Shown: piece by piece, positions 1 to 12,375 of the stretch
Numbering within the stretch: the stretch's first letter is position 1
Layout: every line of letters starts with the position of its first letter
Assembly: GCA_029531755.1 (NCBI GenBank)
Contig: CM055977.1
Coordinates: 30,302,229 to 30,366,228 of the forward strand
Source: Holothuria leucospilota
Lineage: Eukaryota
Reading direction: 5' to 3'
DNA: 64,000 nucleotides
Made by a program: the position numbers and the translations under genes
Notes under the pieces: model-generated
Seen by the model: the letters and a program-made list of their open reading frames with translations, nothing else
What the model was told of the DNA's origin: nothing
Database searches by the model: none

Positions 1-359
1 TAAAAACATAATAAAAAGACAGATTAGAGAAAACATTATTCTTTATGATAATTAAGGAATCGCTTTAAGAAAAGCTGAACAAAAGACGAGGATAAAGGTA
101 GTTCTGCTCCCCGACTTTAAATAAACGTATCTCCCCTATATGCTAACCTTCTCTTCAGTGCAGCCAATCTAGGCTACTGAGGGGCAGGAGTAATACACGT
201 CCGCCGGGCGGGCGACCTGTGATACTCATTCATCTCTGGTTTTATTAATCACGTGACACAATTTTATCATATAATCCCATACAAAATAATTAAGTCTTTG
301 GTTTATCTTTAATTTGTAATATCTATGTACTGAAACATGAAAGATACTTGTAAAGCATA

Positions 360-616
360 GGCGTAGGAAGCTGTTCGAGACTGGAATGCTACACGTTGTT
401 TCCGACCACCCTCTAAGGAGAGGGGTGTCCCCTTTCTTTGATCCCCCTTTGGAAATTTTTTGAATATTTGAGGGTCCTAGATGCAGTTTAGTGCAGCATA
501 TTGCACAAATGTTTAGGAAAATTACTGCAAATTTCTGACAATTTTTACAGAGGATACAAATAAGGGGTTTTCGTCCTTGGATTGAGGAGGGGCGGAAGCA
601 TACTTCCGCCCACCAC
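360..616. repeat. degenerate member of the GGCGTAG-headed MITE superfamily
   Basis: It starts ATAGGCGTAGGAAG, the same head as the 3470 copy. The internal block AGGGTCCTAGATGCAGTTTAGTGCAGCATATTGC resembles AGGGTTCCTTACATGCAGTCTGGTGCCACATATGC at 7940. It ends in a palindromic hairpin, GGCGGAAGCATACTTCCGCC, and a G12 run. Confidence 0.5.
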
Positions 617-800
617 ATTTTGGACGGGGGGGGGGGGCTAATGGCTCACTTGTACTAATGGCTGAACTGACGTTGCACTATGAGGCTAGGGTGACTGTTT
701 AACTGACGGCTGGAATATTATTTCCTATCTGCGATAGTTTTCTTTAGAAATGAACTCCAAAGGTAATAGCCTAAGCAAAAAACGGTTTCCACATTTTTAT

Positions 801-819
801 GTTTATTTAAGTTTATTTA

Positions 820-877
<58 letters not shown>
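801..877. repeat. (GTTTATTTAA)x3 followed by a (TA)n microsatellite (~26 units)
   Basis: Direct reading of the sequence. Confidence 0.95.
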
Positions 878-878
<1 letters not shown>

Positions 879-2279
879 CTGACGACACTACTTGAATACA
901 TAAACTTAAACGGAGGTATGATGTTATGATATGGTAACATCCGGTGATCAGCCTTCGAATAAAAGAAATGAAGTCTAAAGAAAGGTTAAGGCAATAGGCA
1001 GTAGCGCCAAATTTTGCTTTGAAAAATCAGCAAACTCTTGCAAATCTCCTCTTATTGCATTACAGGCACATCTGAAGAGGTTTTGAGCATAACTGTTACA
1101 AACAATAGGTAAAGCAAGGAAAAATTCTCCTTGAATTTTACAATTTACTAACAAAAACATTGTCACATGATCAAAATATGCCATTCATGAACTAGAGTGA
1201 CGGGCATAGTAACTCTGATTGGGGTGACTGCATTTTCCCTTTAAAGGGCAAGAGCAGTCGCCCCAAACTTATTTTGAAGCAACAGCTAAATCTCAGAATT
1301 GTCTTCTTATTTCTCTTCAAAGTATCTTTCATAATATTTTCGGACTTTAATATTGCATATTCAAAGTAAACCAATCAGTTACTTCTAGTAAATTTCACAT
1401 TTGAGGAGAAAAAATATTGTCACATGACTCTCAAGAGCCAATCATGAAACAGGACAGTCTACTACACTACTTCAAGTTGGGGTGACTGCATTTCCCCTTT
1501 AAATATACGTGATAACAAAAATTCGTGAATGAACAGAATAAAACACCATTTTCTATAGTTGGAATAAAATGTCATCGTAGGGTATGTTTGCCCTATGCGT
1601 GTTTAGTAAATACAATTCTTCAAAGAGTTGCATGCAGAGGTAATTACAAATGATGTTGCTACAGGAGGAGGTACGTGGTGTATTGTTATATCTGAAGTGC
1701 AAAAACCAAAATTGCCGTAACAACTTACTTCACTGCAGCATATCAAGAGACAATGGGGCCATTTTGATCGTAGCTGATTTATTGCTAACCTTTGGAGCAT
1801 ATTTTAACTAACAATGAATGTACTGAGCTACCTGACACTGTTCAAATTAATATAGACAGAAAAGCCTTGGTTGAATTTTTATCCAGTTTGAGAACTTGAG
1901 TGTAGAAGCAAGTCTCCAAGCAGCCTAGACTTCCCGCTTGATCTTATTATTTTTCCAAAAGAAAAAAAAAGAAAAAAAAAAGCTGCCGGCTCGGAATCTT
2001 TGCCATGATCATATAGTCAATGAGAGTTTGACATGGCTCGCCTCAGCAGTATCTTTTCAACCGTAATGAATTCATGTCACTTAAAATTACGCCATCTATC
2101 TCAAATCTGCTAAAACTCTCCACAAACTATAAACAAGTGCTTCGTAAGACTGAAAGGGCTAAATAAAAGACCAACAAACATATTACACGCTTGTGGTGTT
2201 TTCTCTATCAGATTTTAGCTTATCATTATACTTTGTTCCACTTAATTCGATTTGATGGTATTACGGTTCACGCTTTCAC

Positions 2280-2520
2280 GATTCGGACGACGGGGCGCAC
2301 GAGTATTCTCGCTTGGCGATGACGTCACGAGAATAATTTGAATGGCAGTTGCCAATTTGACAATCCCATGATCGTAACATCTGTTTTACAACGACGCACA
2401 CTCTCGCACTGGTATTTTGTGCGGCACGCTGGGATATCATTTCGAGGGGGTCTTTCTCTTCTCTGACAACCAACTCACGGAACGCGGTGTATGGCGCCAG
2501 CTACCAATGACAAATGCCTC
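2280..2520. promoter_or_regulatory. CpG-dense island-like segment (~25 CpG in 240 bp) with a TGACGTCA CRE/ATF octamer. Candidate promoter of an unidentified gene
   Basis: CpG density is far above the flanking AT-rich sequence. GATGACGTCACGAG is present. No coding exon could be linked to it. Confidence 0.25.
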
Positions 2521-3080
2521 GTTCGTTCATAGAAAGACAAAACCGTTTAGCCTATTTATAGTTTAGGCGCCTTTTGTTTTTTGCGAGATCTTTTTGAAAC
2601 TTCTGATGCAAAACAACTATACTAAGCATCAGATTTCCGAATAATCCGACCTGTGGTGCCATGTTAGACTGTCCTTTGTGACCAAAACGCCAAAGCCATG
2701 TCTCCAAATAAGCTTCAATCTAAACGAATTTGTTTCCTTAAATTATCATTTTTTTATTTAGCAATTCCGATCATCATAGATGATTGAGCTGTTTGTTCGG
2801 TGAGATTAGCAAGGCGGAAATTGTCAACAAGATTGTATCATTCATGGTCTTTCGACCAACATACTGAGTCAAAAACTCAAGGATGACTTTTGACATCAGT
2901 ATACAAGTACACCATTAAAGTAATATAGCCTACATAAAGTACCACCACACACCACATTTTTCAGTACGCCCTCAATTGAGAGAGGGATGGTTTATGCATC
3001 AATTAAAATTAAAGGTGACTTTTTGTTGATTGCAAGTGCGTATCTCAAATTTCGTGCTTCTTCAAATTTCATACAGTACC

Positions 3081-3348
3081 AGGCGCTTAACCAGAAATTT
3101 GTCAGAGGGTGGGGGCGAAGTCTGTGGGCAAACTATCTAAGCGTAGCGCCATCATTGGTTGTCGTGAAGCGGAAAATACCTCCCAGATCTCTGGAAATGC
3201 CACTTCCCAGGCCTTGTAAGTTGCATCTAAACATTTTTTATTTTGAGTTATACTGGCAATATCATAAAAAAAATCATTAAAAATACCAAAAACATGCTCA
3301 AGAGGGGAAGGCGGGTGCCCTCTTCGCCCCCCCCCCCGGCTACGCGCC
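3081..3348 (+). mobile_element. MITE copy of the core-containing family (~270 bp), ending ...GGCTACGCGCC
   Basis: Near-colinear with 29412-29688 across the core, the block GCATCTAAACATTTTTTATTTTGAGTTA..GCAATATCATAAAAAA, a C-rich run and the terminal GGCTACGCGCC. Confidence 0.8.
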
Positions 3349-3469
3349 TCCAACGTTGTCTCTACATGGTTAAACAGTTAAAGCAGAGAGTGACAACTCC
3401 CTGATTACAGGCACCATGGGCGTCGACAGCTTCTCAAAATTGGGGCAATGACCTTCACCAAAAAATATA

Positions 3470-3891
3470 GGCGTAGGAAGGTAGTTGGGGGATCCAAGGC
3501 CAGTGCTCTGTAAGAATGGGTTTGTGATACTATTCACCAGAGTGCCATGATCATAATGAGTTGGCGTGCAGAGTACCAGAAAATTTTCGACCAAAATGGC
3601 TCCCAGGTTGCAGGAAATGGCACTTTCCAGACCATGTTAGAGCATCTAAACCATGGGTGTAGATCATGGGGGACGGGGGACGAGTTCCCCTCACTTTTTT
3701 TGAAAGGAAGTAGTACTCTTAATATTTATTAGACAGAGGAAAATGTGCATTCATTGGAGGAAAAAAATCATATGTTGGCCTGTTGCAGGTGTGAATTTAT
3801 GGTACCAATATTTGAGAGTGAAGTGAATATTTGAGAGGGAGAAAAGGGGTGTTCCCCCACTCTTGAGAGTGGAGGTGCTGTCGCCTACGCC
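3470..3891. repeat. related MITE-like copy (head GGCGTAGGAAG, internal core variant, tail CGCCTACGCC)
   Basis: The head and tail are mutual reverse complements, GGCGTAGG and CCTACGCC. The internal block CCAGAAAATTTTCGACCAAAATGGCTCCCAGGTTGCAGGAAATGGCACTTTCCAGACCATG matches the family core. The boundaries are approximate. Confidence 0.5.
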
Positions 3892-4564
3892 GCCTCCCCT
3901 TTTCCTCCGCCTATGGGAATAATGCTGGCACAGGGTGTAAAGCACTATAGCGGCCTGGGTGGGGTTCAGGGCCCACTGTCCTATCAGCCATTGTAAGCTT
4001 TAGAATGATGAATTACATGGATACTATATTTACACAGGTTCTGGAAGAAGTGGGGCACAAACTAAAGACTTTGCTATCCTCCAACTTTCGAAAGCCCCTC
4101 CCCCTCCCGCGCCTGTTGACGCTCATGAAAGACACCACCGTTAAGCTGACTTTGCATGTATACCTATGGAAAAAATAGTTGCAATTACCTATCCTCCCAA
4201 GCTAAAAAAGAAGAAAACTATTTGTCATGTCCATCCTTGAAAATGATTGAACTGCGTGGTTTGGTTAATTTGCAAGGGTGCTGGATTAGACTTTGGTAAG
4301 TCTATTCATGATGGTGGGAAGAAGATATATACTCAGCCATCGTTCCATCATGGGCACCATGTCAAGACACATGTCCAGAGGGTAACGTCTAGTTCAGCTC
4401 AACTCTGAATGCAAAGGTAGTTTACCCTCTTCACATTCTTGTTTCGCATACTAATTATCTTTTCTCGGATGTAGAGATAGACCCTACCCCCGGGTATGCA
4501 GGCTACTTTCTCTATGACAACATACACTTACTGTAACTGTGTAAGCCTTCTGTAATTTAATGTT

Positions 4565-4668
4565 AGTCAGTCAGTCAGCCAGCCAGTCAGTCAGTCAGCC
4601 AGCCAGTCAGTCAGTCAGTCAGCCAGCCAGTCAGCCACCCTGTCAGCTAACCAGCCAGGCAGCCAGTC
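4565..4668. repeat. (CAGT/CAGC)n tetranucleotide microsatellite
   Basis: GTCAGTCAGTCAGCCAGCCAGTCAG... repeats over ~100 bp. This explains the ORF at 4560-4754 with its ASQSVSQP periodicity. Confidence 0.95.
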
Positions 4669-4670
4669 AT

Positions 4671-4833
4671 AGAGGTTTTTCACGTGACGTCAGCGCTTTT
4701 CAATTTGGCATACTGGCCGTCACTGCTCATGCGCAAAAGACTGCAGTATCTTAGTTATGATTGCTATACACTGGGCGCCTCGCCGTCAAAAAAGAGAGAC
4801 GCGCAAACGCAGTGACGTCAGTGAAAAACCTCT
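4671..4833. mobile_element. 163-bp MITE/hairpin element with a 22-bp TIR containing the palindromic TGACGTCA (CRE) octamer
   Basis: The left end is AGAGGTTTTTCACGTGACGTCAGCGC. The right end is GCAGTGACGTCAGTGAAAAACCTCT. It abuts the (CAGT/CAGC)n microsatellite. Confidence 0.7.
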
Positions 4834-6753
4834 ATAGGTTAGTCACATAAGAGTGTCTCAAGTCTCAGTATTCTTTCGTAAAGACTGTTACGTCACATTT
4901 ATGTTTCATAGCACTTAGGCTATTACAAATTGATTAAGAATGTGCAGCATAAACATTTAACAATTAATCAACACAATATTTCTTAATGGAGGTTAGAAAG
5001 CCAAATCATGACAGGTGATATTAACTCATCTAATACCAGGGAGTTGCTAATAGCAATGTCCTGCTAAAACAAGGAAGAAATAATAACCTGTGAGAATATC
5101 TAGATATTCTCACAGGTTATTATGCAGTGTGCGCATTCCGATTGTCACAAATATTTTTTAATCGACAAATATAGTAATTTCTCACTGAATATACAACATG
5201 AGGTCTCAGAGTGTTTATTTGCATGTATACGTTGCAGGCTTTACCGCATATTCCTTGTTCAGTCAGGGAGTTGCTATTTAGAAGGAGCCTGAGATATATC
5301 GGAAATTTTAATTTATGGTAATCTAATTAGATCCACCTCATCGTTTACATAGTTTCAATTCATGAATGATTATTAGAGCTTAGGGTACGCACTTCTTTTG
5401 TCCGATCCTTTTCAATTGATACATGTTACTCATTTAAACCTTTTATACACTTACTTGTACCGTATGAATAAGATTAGAAGGAACGATGCTTTGTTCCGAA
5501 GGTTTTACCGACAGTCATGTAAGAAACACCGTCTAATAAATAAAAACGACTGCTAATTCCTAAGGAGTCTAGAAAGACTAACTTATAAGAAGACGGTCTT
5601 ACACTGACACAATGCATAAATGACTAAAGAGGAGTGTGAGACTATAATTTGTTTTAAGATTTTACTTTCCGCAAACTTTCGCAATTTCCGAATTGTAAGT
5701 GCATGATCAACATGTTACATAAACGTTAACTAGCCTATTGTGATAAGCGTTGTATCACGTTGGAAGCTGCAAATTAATTTTCAAGGAGAGCGACTGGCAA
5801 TGCTATAGCATATAGACAAAATTTGTTGACATTTCTTTTCAACGTAGCAGACGACATGAACCTTTTGTTAAATACTAACAATAGCTTTAAGCCCATTGTA
5901 TCTTCAAGTGCTATACAAAGCAAGTGACCTTGGCGGCAAATTGGTGGGTACAAAGGGGAGAGCCGCCGTTTTATCTCCTTCTAAATTACAACTCACTGGT
6001 TCAGTCATATCCCATTGGTTTGGAAAGCCTTAAAGGGGGGCTGAGCAAAGAGAGTCAGCCTCGCTTTGTAGATGTTTAACAGCAAGCAAGTTTCAGTGTC
6101 AAACCTTAGGGGAAAAGTAGCTACCATTCTTCAGAGCTGCCTAGCTAAATTTGTCAATGAACAATAAAAAGCTTAGCACTTAAATAACCAGGGTGCCGGC
6201 AAGGGGGGTATGGGGGAGCGTGTCCCCCAATCGGTTTCAGAATTTTTTTTTGAAAATTTTAAAAGATCCCAAAAGGCGTTTAAGCTATAGATTTCTGTAG
6301 GGGTATCTGTGTTTTCGACCAAGTGATGGATCTATTGTAATCATTTTTGGAATTTTTGCTATAAAATACTGATCAAATTTTACGAGTCGATGCCTCAAAA
6401 ATATTTTTTAAGAATATTTTCTGTATTATCATTATTTAACGAAAAATATTCATATTTTTGCCGCCAGTTTGTTTTTGGCAGCCATTTTGAATGAGTGAAA
6501 TCCAAAATATTTACTGCTACCACTTGATTTCGTGTTCAGGGGACCATAAGGTTTCCAAAATATATTGGGTTGGAGAGTTGTGGTGGGGGCGCCCGTGAGG
6601 TGCCTCTGACCTATGGCCTATAGGTTTGGCATGGAAATCTTATTTAATGAAAATTTCGGCCCTTTTCGCGCGCACTCGTCACGGTTTGCTCTTCATCTCA
6701 TGACCATTATTAAGGTAATAGTACATGGAACTATTCTGATCACAACACTTTTC

Positions 6754-6912
6754 CAGGGGCGGATCCAGGATTTCTGAAAAGGGGGAGCCGAAGTTGTTCG
6801 ACCTGTGATTGACAGTACTATACCATCTAAGCGGAGCGCCACCATCGGTTGGCGCGGAGCGTACAAGAAAATTTTTGACAAAATAGACCTCCCAGATCGC
6901 CGGAAATAGCAC
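6754..6912 (+). repeat. partial copy of the MITE core with a GGGGCGGATCCAGGATTT-type head
   Basis: GGGGCGGATCCAGGATTTCTGAAAAGGGGGAGCC is followed by CTAAGCGGAGCGCCACCATCGGTTGGCGCGGAGCG...CCTCCCAGATCGCCGGAAATAGCACTTCCCATG. The same GGGGCGGATCCAGGATTT head recurs at 14613-14632 and, reverse-complemented, near 10318-10340. Confidence 0.65.
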
Positions 6913-7771
6913 TTCCCATGTATTATTTTTGCATTTTCTGCTTTATATAATTTCATGTCTCAACTCTTAACACATTAATTTTTCCACAAGTTATTAACAG
7001 AAGACAGTTATCATAGGCACAGTGCCTTACTACAATGCATCCTGTTCAAGACGTCTAATCAGATCTTTAGTAGTCATGTTCTTAATTGGTGAATATTGAG
7101 GGACTTCCTTGAGAAATTTGTGACCCATATCTTAGTTCGACTTGATGCCAGGACCCAGGTACCTTGCATTGACATGTGGGCGTAAATGTACGTTTTATCA
7201 CGTGCATGTTCCCCTCTGCCTAATTTCTTGTTTTGCGTGGACTCAGTGAGAAAGTGTAAATGACCCAAAATGCACGAGACTTGGCAGCCCTGTCATTGTT
7301 TTGGGGTACGTCCAGGTAGAGTGATCATGGTGTTATTGTAGGCCTTACATAGTATCAAAACTGAATGACCGAATTGTAATGATTCCGACCACTATATTTC
7401 TAAACAAAATTTTGTTGGTGACGTGCACTGTAGGCCAATCTTAACATCTTTCAGACAAAAATCGAGGGATTAATTAACTGACAGAACAGCATTTTGCCAT
7501 TTAGTTTGTCATTGATTATGGTTATACTTGTTGATTGCTGATTTTTACTTAATTTATAATTCCTCACTTTTCTCCTTAGGAATTTATTTATGGAGGGACG
7601 TCTCCTCACTGAAAATTTTAGGGAGGGACGTGTCCTCCCCCCCCCCCGTTCCCCCGCTCCCGCCGCCTATGCGTAGCATACCAGATAAATTGGGTAAAGC
7701 ACATCCCAGATAGCCGGAAAAGACACTTTTTAAGGCCTTGTAATTCGCATGATTTTCCATTTTAATTCTCT

Positions 7772-8099
7772 TGCAGTGGCGTAGCTAGGATTTTTGTTTG
7801 GGGGCGGGTCTCCCGTTTACTATCTAAGCGGAGCGCCACCATAAGTTGGCGCGGAGCGTACCAAGAAAATTTGAGATTTTAATACCTCCCAGATCGCCGG
7901 AAATGGCACTTGCCAGGCTTGAAAATTTTTGAAAAATTAGGGTTCCTTACATGCAGTCTGGTGCCACATATGCTACCTTTTGAAGTAAAATTTGTGTTAA
8001 AAAATTTACGTATTTTTAGGAACTAAAAAAAAAATCGGCATCAGTGGGGGGGGGGGGGAGGGCATGGCCCAATGACCTCCCCCAGTGCACGCCACTGCA
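7772..8099. mobile_element. MITE (328 bp) with an 11-bp perfect TIR TGCAGTGGCGT...ACGCCACTGCA and a conserved internal core
   Basis: The termini TGCAGTGGCGTAGCTAGG and CAGTGCACGCCACTGCA are reverse complements of each other. The interior carries the family core CTATCTAAGCGGAGCGCCACC..GGTTGGCGCGGAGCG...CCTCCCAGATCGCCGGAAATGGCACTTGCCAG and a G13 run. Confidence 0.8.
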
Positions 8100-8212
8100 T
8101 TTACTATCTAAGCGGAGTGCCACTATAGGTTGGCGCGGAGCGTTGCAAGAAAATTTGAGGTTTTAATACATCCCAGATGGCCGGAAATGGCACTTGCCAG
8201 GCTTGATAGCAG
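8100..8212 (+). repeat. partial second copy of the MITE core, immediately abutting the 7772-8099 element
   Basis: TTTACTATCTAAGCGGAGTGCCACTATAGGTTGGCGCGGAGCGTTGCAAGAAAATTTGAGGTTTTAATACATCCCAGATGGCCGGAAATGGCACTTGCCAGGCTTGA. It is about 90% identical to 7826-7925. Confidence 0.75.
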
Positions 8213-8567
8213 CCCATCTCAACTGATGCGCACTGTCTCGTAAGGTATTTTTCGATTGGCTGATGGTATTGTATCAGTATTGTATCGTATTGATTGTACC
8301 CAATCGTGTAGTAAGACAGCATGCGTGTGAAAGTCCCAATCGACGTTCAAACTGACCTGCTGTACGCTATGACTCCCATGCTTCGAGGTTGCTAATTGCA
8401 GCTTCATTCTCTATCACTCCACTCTCTGTCCTTCTCTCTATCTCTTCTCCTTTCCGTTTTCTTCTCTCTTTTTTCCCTTTCATTTTTTTTTTTTTTTTGC
8501 ATTTTTAAAAAGGGGGGCCGGGGCCGGGTCGGCCCCCCTAGATCCGCCCATGCTTTTCTGAAAAACA

Positions 8568-8622
8568 CAGGCATATCTCCAACCTCTTTAGGGGCCTCGA
8601 ATCGATATGGGATCTTTCAGTC
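8568..8622 (+). repeat. short dispersed repeat (family B), second copy inverted at 34392-34440
   Basis: AGGGGCCTCGAATCGATATGGGATCTTTCAG matches the reverse complement of CTGAAAGATCCCATATTGATGCGAGGTCCCC. Both copies generate a spurious ...YGIFQS... ORF. Confidence 0.55.
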
Positions 8623-11600
8623 TACTGTAATTTGTAGCATGATATGTGGAAGGTTGAAAGTACGTATTTGCCTTTATACATTTTACAAAATGTTTTTCCT
8701 AGCGCTTCGCGAGCAGCCATTACCGGTATAGATGGTGATTGTTAATACACTTACGACGAAAAAAGCATTCTGAACCAGCTTGTTAGTCCTCCACCCCTTT
8801 TGCTGTAGGCCTACCTATGTCTAATGTCACCTTCCTGCACTCATTCTCTCCCTACCTCAGATTCCCCATTGCTGGAAGATGTTCGTCTGGATTTTCGTTC
8901 AGACTTCGTTGTAAAGCGATCGTTGTAAAGTGCTCGGCGTCATACTCTATATTATCATTTGGATGCCAGGTAATAAGCATCATGTCATTGCCACATTTTA
9001 TATAATTAATCCAGAGCTTCCAGGAGGCCTTATACGGGTGTCTGTAAGCCTTAGATACCCTTTTATAATGCACAATTAAGCAAAGGAAAATTTTCGTAAT
9101 AGTCCAAGAATGTTTCTGTGGACTCCACGCGAGTATTTTTGCGTAAAAACTTTCCCCGAACAAAAGTCAGGAAAGTAGCCAAAAGGGGGTCTTCAAGAGG
9201 TTTGTTGACAACACACCCTTCTCTTAGATAACATAATCTCTTTCACCTAACAAAAATTAATTCACTAAGTTATGGACATTTTTCCAGCCATATATGATCA
9301 GTTCCAAAAATATCCCAAAGATAGTACCATTTTGCATGTAAACAACCTTAAATTAACAAAAATTTCTCAAAGGGGGAGGGACCCCTCCCCTTAGATCCCT
9401 CCCCCCGGACAGCACCTTTTTGTAGTGACAAAGTTAGGATCCCCATCTGCTGTATAAAATCGCAGGGACGCATAAAAAAGGTACAATTACGCAGACTTGG
9501 AGGGGGTCACCAAATCCTCCCGGCGCCCCTGTAAATAACAATTAAGTATCATCCATGATATTTCAAAATTAAACATCATTCACTGTTGCTGATGTTTTAT
9601 TAAGGTACCATCCCTTAAATCTGACAGTGAAACATGATTTGGAAACGGTTTTTCAAGATTTCTTTGCAGGGTTGCGAGTATGTACGAAATGCCATTTGGG
9701 CGAAATGTGCCTTAAAATCGGACAAACGGACAAACATTTGCCTGTTTGTCAAATCCGATTAGTCAAAGACAAAATAGCAAAACTTTTCTAAGGGGTTATG
9801 TAACCTGTTTACGAAGTGACAAAATATCGAAAACCAGTTATTTCAGCATTTATATAAGCATTGTTGAGAAGCCTTATACATGATAATACTCCAACATTGT
9901 CAGTCTCATATCGATCAAAAACAGCCAAAACCATGTTTGGGTGATATCGTTAAAAATGTTTGCCACCAAACCGGTTCTAAAAATACCAAATTTGCTATCT
10001 TGGTTAGTAATAGTAAGGGCAACCCTGTTTTGTACTGCAAGGTGAAAATCAAGTTTTAGCAACCAGACGCGGAGCCAAATGGGGACTATGCCGGCTCCAG
10101 CCACCCCTCCCCCCCCCCCTTTCGGCACCACTTCCTTTTTTTAGACTGTCTCAAAGCTGCTGTACAATTTGTATGCTTATTTTGATTGTCAAATGCCAGG
10201 GAATACCATATATAAGTGTCTAAATTTTTACTTTTTGCCCTAGACACCTCCCCCATCGAGGCTTCGTACACTTGACGCTCGTAGGTGCGAGCTTTGCCCT
10301 CATGGATTTACCCCCCTTTTCTGTGAAATCCTGGATCCGCTCCTGCAGGTATCTTTCTATTCTCCATAAGTAAAAGCTGTACAACATTAGTATTGCCAAT
10401 GTATTGTATTGTATTTGTACTGTATTGAGAAAGATTTCCACAATAATATATACATACTTATGTTACAATATTTACATTAATACTTAATTGTGGGGCAGGT
10501 CTGAAAAAAGCTTAAAAGCTTGTACAAGCAGACTTCCATTTTAAGGGTACCATAAGGGTACAGAAGAAAATGTCACTTCTTTAAGAGGTGTCGTACCCCT
10601 GAAGGCCCGGGGAGTCCCTGCCCCCTCATTTTCAAGGATAAAGGTTCACTGGTATCAAAAGAGAGAGAGGTGTTAAAGTCCCGGAAGAGGAAGAGGAAGA
10701 AAGGAATATGGAAACCTGTTGGACCTCGCATCTAAGGCGCTTCGGCTAACGGTTCAAACACTCAAATGGCGGCCCCTCCCCCAAAATTTTGAGGAGGATG
10801 AGCTCCTTGACTTCGTAGTGCATGTATGTTGCTCTTCTTTACTTTATCATGAAACAAAATTTCTCTGTAGATCGAGCTTACTTGATCGAAACATCGACCT
10901 GTTGAAACTGTTCAAGACAGTTCCTGCTTCCTCTACAGCAATGTTGTCTGGGTACTTCTCGATAAATCTCACTTTCCCTCCAGCTCGTAACTCCTTTTGT
11001 GAGCACTTTCAGGTCTTCCCCTATAGCTGGTGACAGTCCGCAGGAATTTTCTTACTGTAACCATTTTTCACGTAATTAAACTTCGTCTGTTCTGTAGGCA
11101 GGTTCTATAGAATTTTCTTTAAAAAAAACATAGGAAAATGTGCAACAGCTAAGATTGGAATCTTGAAAAATCTCTACTCACAGCACGACGTAAGAATTTA
11201 ACCACCAGGCAGGGTCCATGACTAGAGCCTGGTGTCGAGAGGTCTGGCGCCTGTACGTCATTGTTGAGAACGTCGTGCATAGGAGGCCTTCAACTCTAAA
11301 GTACTTGCTAAATCAACGATAGTAATTGACATGTAGAAAAGACTGCAGACGTCACCAGTCTTAAGATCTAAAATCTCGTGGAGATAAATGATGTTACCCC
11401 CAGACTGCCTTTGAATTTTTCAAGGTTTCAAGGTATAGGCTTATACGTTGTTACAAATAGCCTATTGACGAACGAACTGAAGTCTTAGATTCCGTAGGCA
11501 AATGTTTCCATTAAGTCAATTATAAAATATTATCTTGGCTATTAAAATATTTTGTTTTTCTGGCTTATAACACACTTCTTTTAGTGGTATTAAATGTTGA

Positions 11601-12113
11601 CAATAAACAAAAGCAATCTTCATCGATAAGAGAATAAATAAATCGCACAGCAAAGTATTGAGTAGCTTGTGTGATGTACTATTCCAAAACCAAAATAAAT
11701 TAAAATAAGTCAGAAATGAAGACGCTAAGCCACCACGAATGCACGTGGAATCAAAACTGAACTGCAAATGTTTCCCGAACGACTGGTAAAATGAGGTTTT
11801 TTCAAGGATATTTCTTTCCCAACAGCCCAAACTCTCAACATTTGAGTCGTAGGTTACTTTTCACTCCCAAACCACTGAACTTCACAGCCATATATCTACC
11901 AAGATCCCCTTTGAAAAGCGATATTATTGCGTAACGATTAGTAGAGCTTTGTGAAATCAGGGAGTTGCCACTAGAGTGACATCCTTGTGTTTAACTGATT
12001 AAACGGTGTCGAGATATTACGTCAATGGATCTCATGTGAAACCACCAGTGAACATCTTTACATATACTAGCCGTCCCATTGCGGGAACCACAACATGGGC
12101 ACGGGTACGGGCA

Positions 12114-12375
12114 GGCGCGTAGTCAAGGGGGCTAAGGGGGCAGCCGCCCCCCTTGAGCATATATTTGGTATTTTTTAATGTTTATTTTTACAATGTTGCT
12201 GGTGTTCCCCCTATTTATTTGCGGTAAATAGGCCTGGGAAGTGCCATTTCCAACGATCTGGGAGGCATTTTGGGCCAAAATTTTCTTGAGCTTTGCGCCA
12301 ACCCATGGGTGGCGCGAAGCGTTGAGAGTCTGTCTATGGGCTTGCCCCCCTCCCTGAAAAATTTCTGGCTACGCC
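12114..12375 (-). mobile_element. MITE copy of the same family, opposite orientation
   Basis: It begins GGCGCGTAGTCAAGGGGGCTAAGGGGGCAGCCGCCCCCCTTGAGCATATATTTGGTATTTT. This is the reverse complement of the 3' end of the 29412-29688 copy. It contains GGGAAGTGCCATTTCCAACGATCTGGGAGG and ends ...CTGGCTACGCC. Confidence 0.8.

Noticed and set aside
4560-4754. ORF with the repetitive peptide ASQSVSQPASQ...
   Set aside because: It is a translation of the (CAGT/CAGC)n microsatellite.
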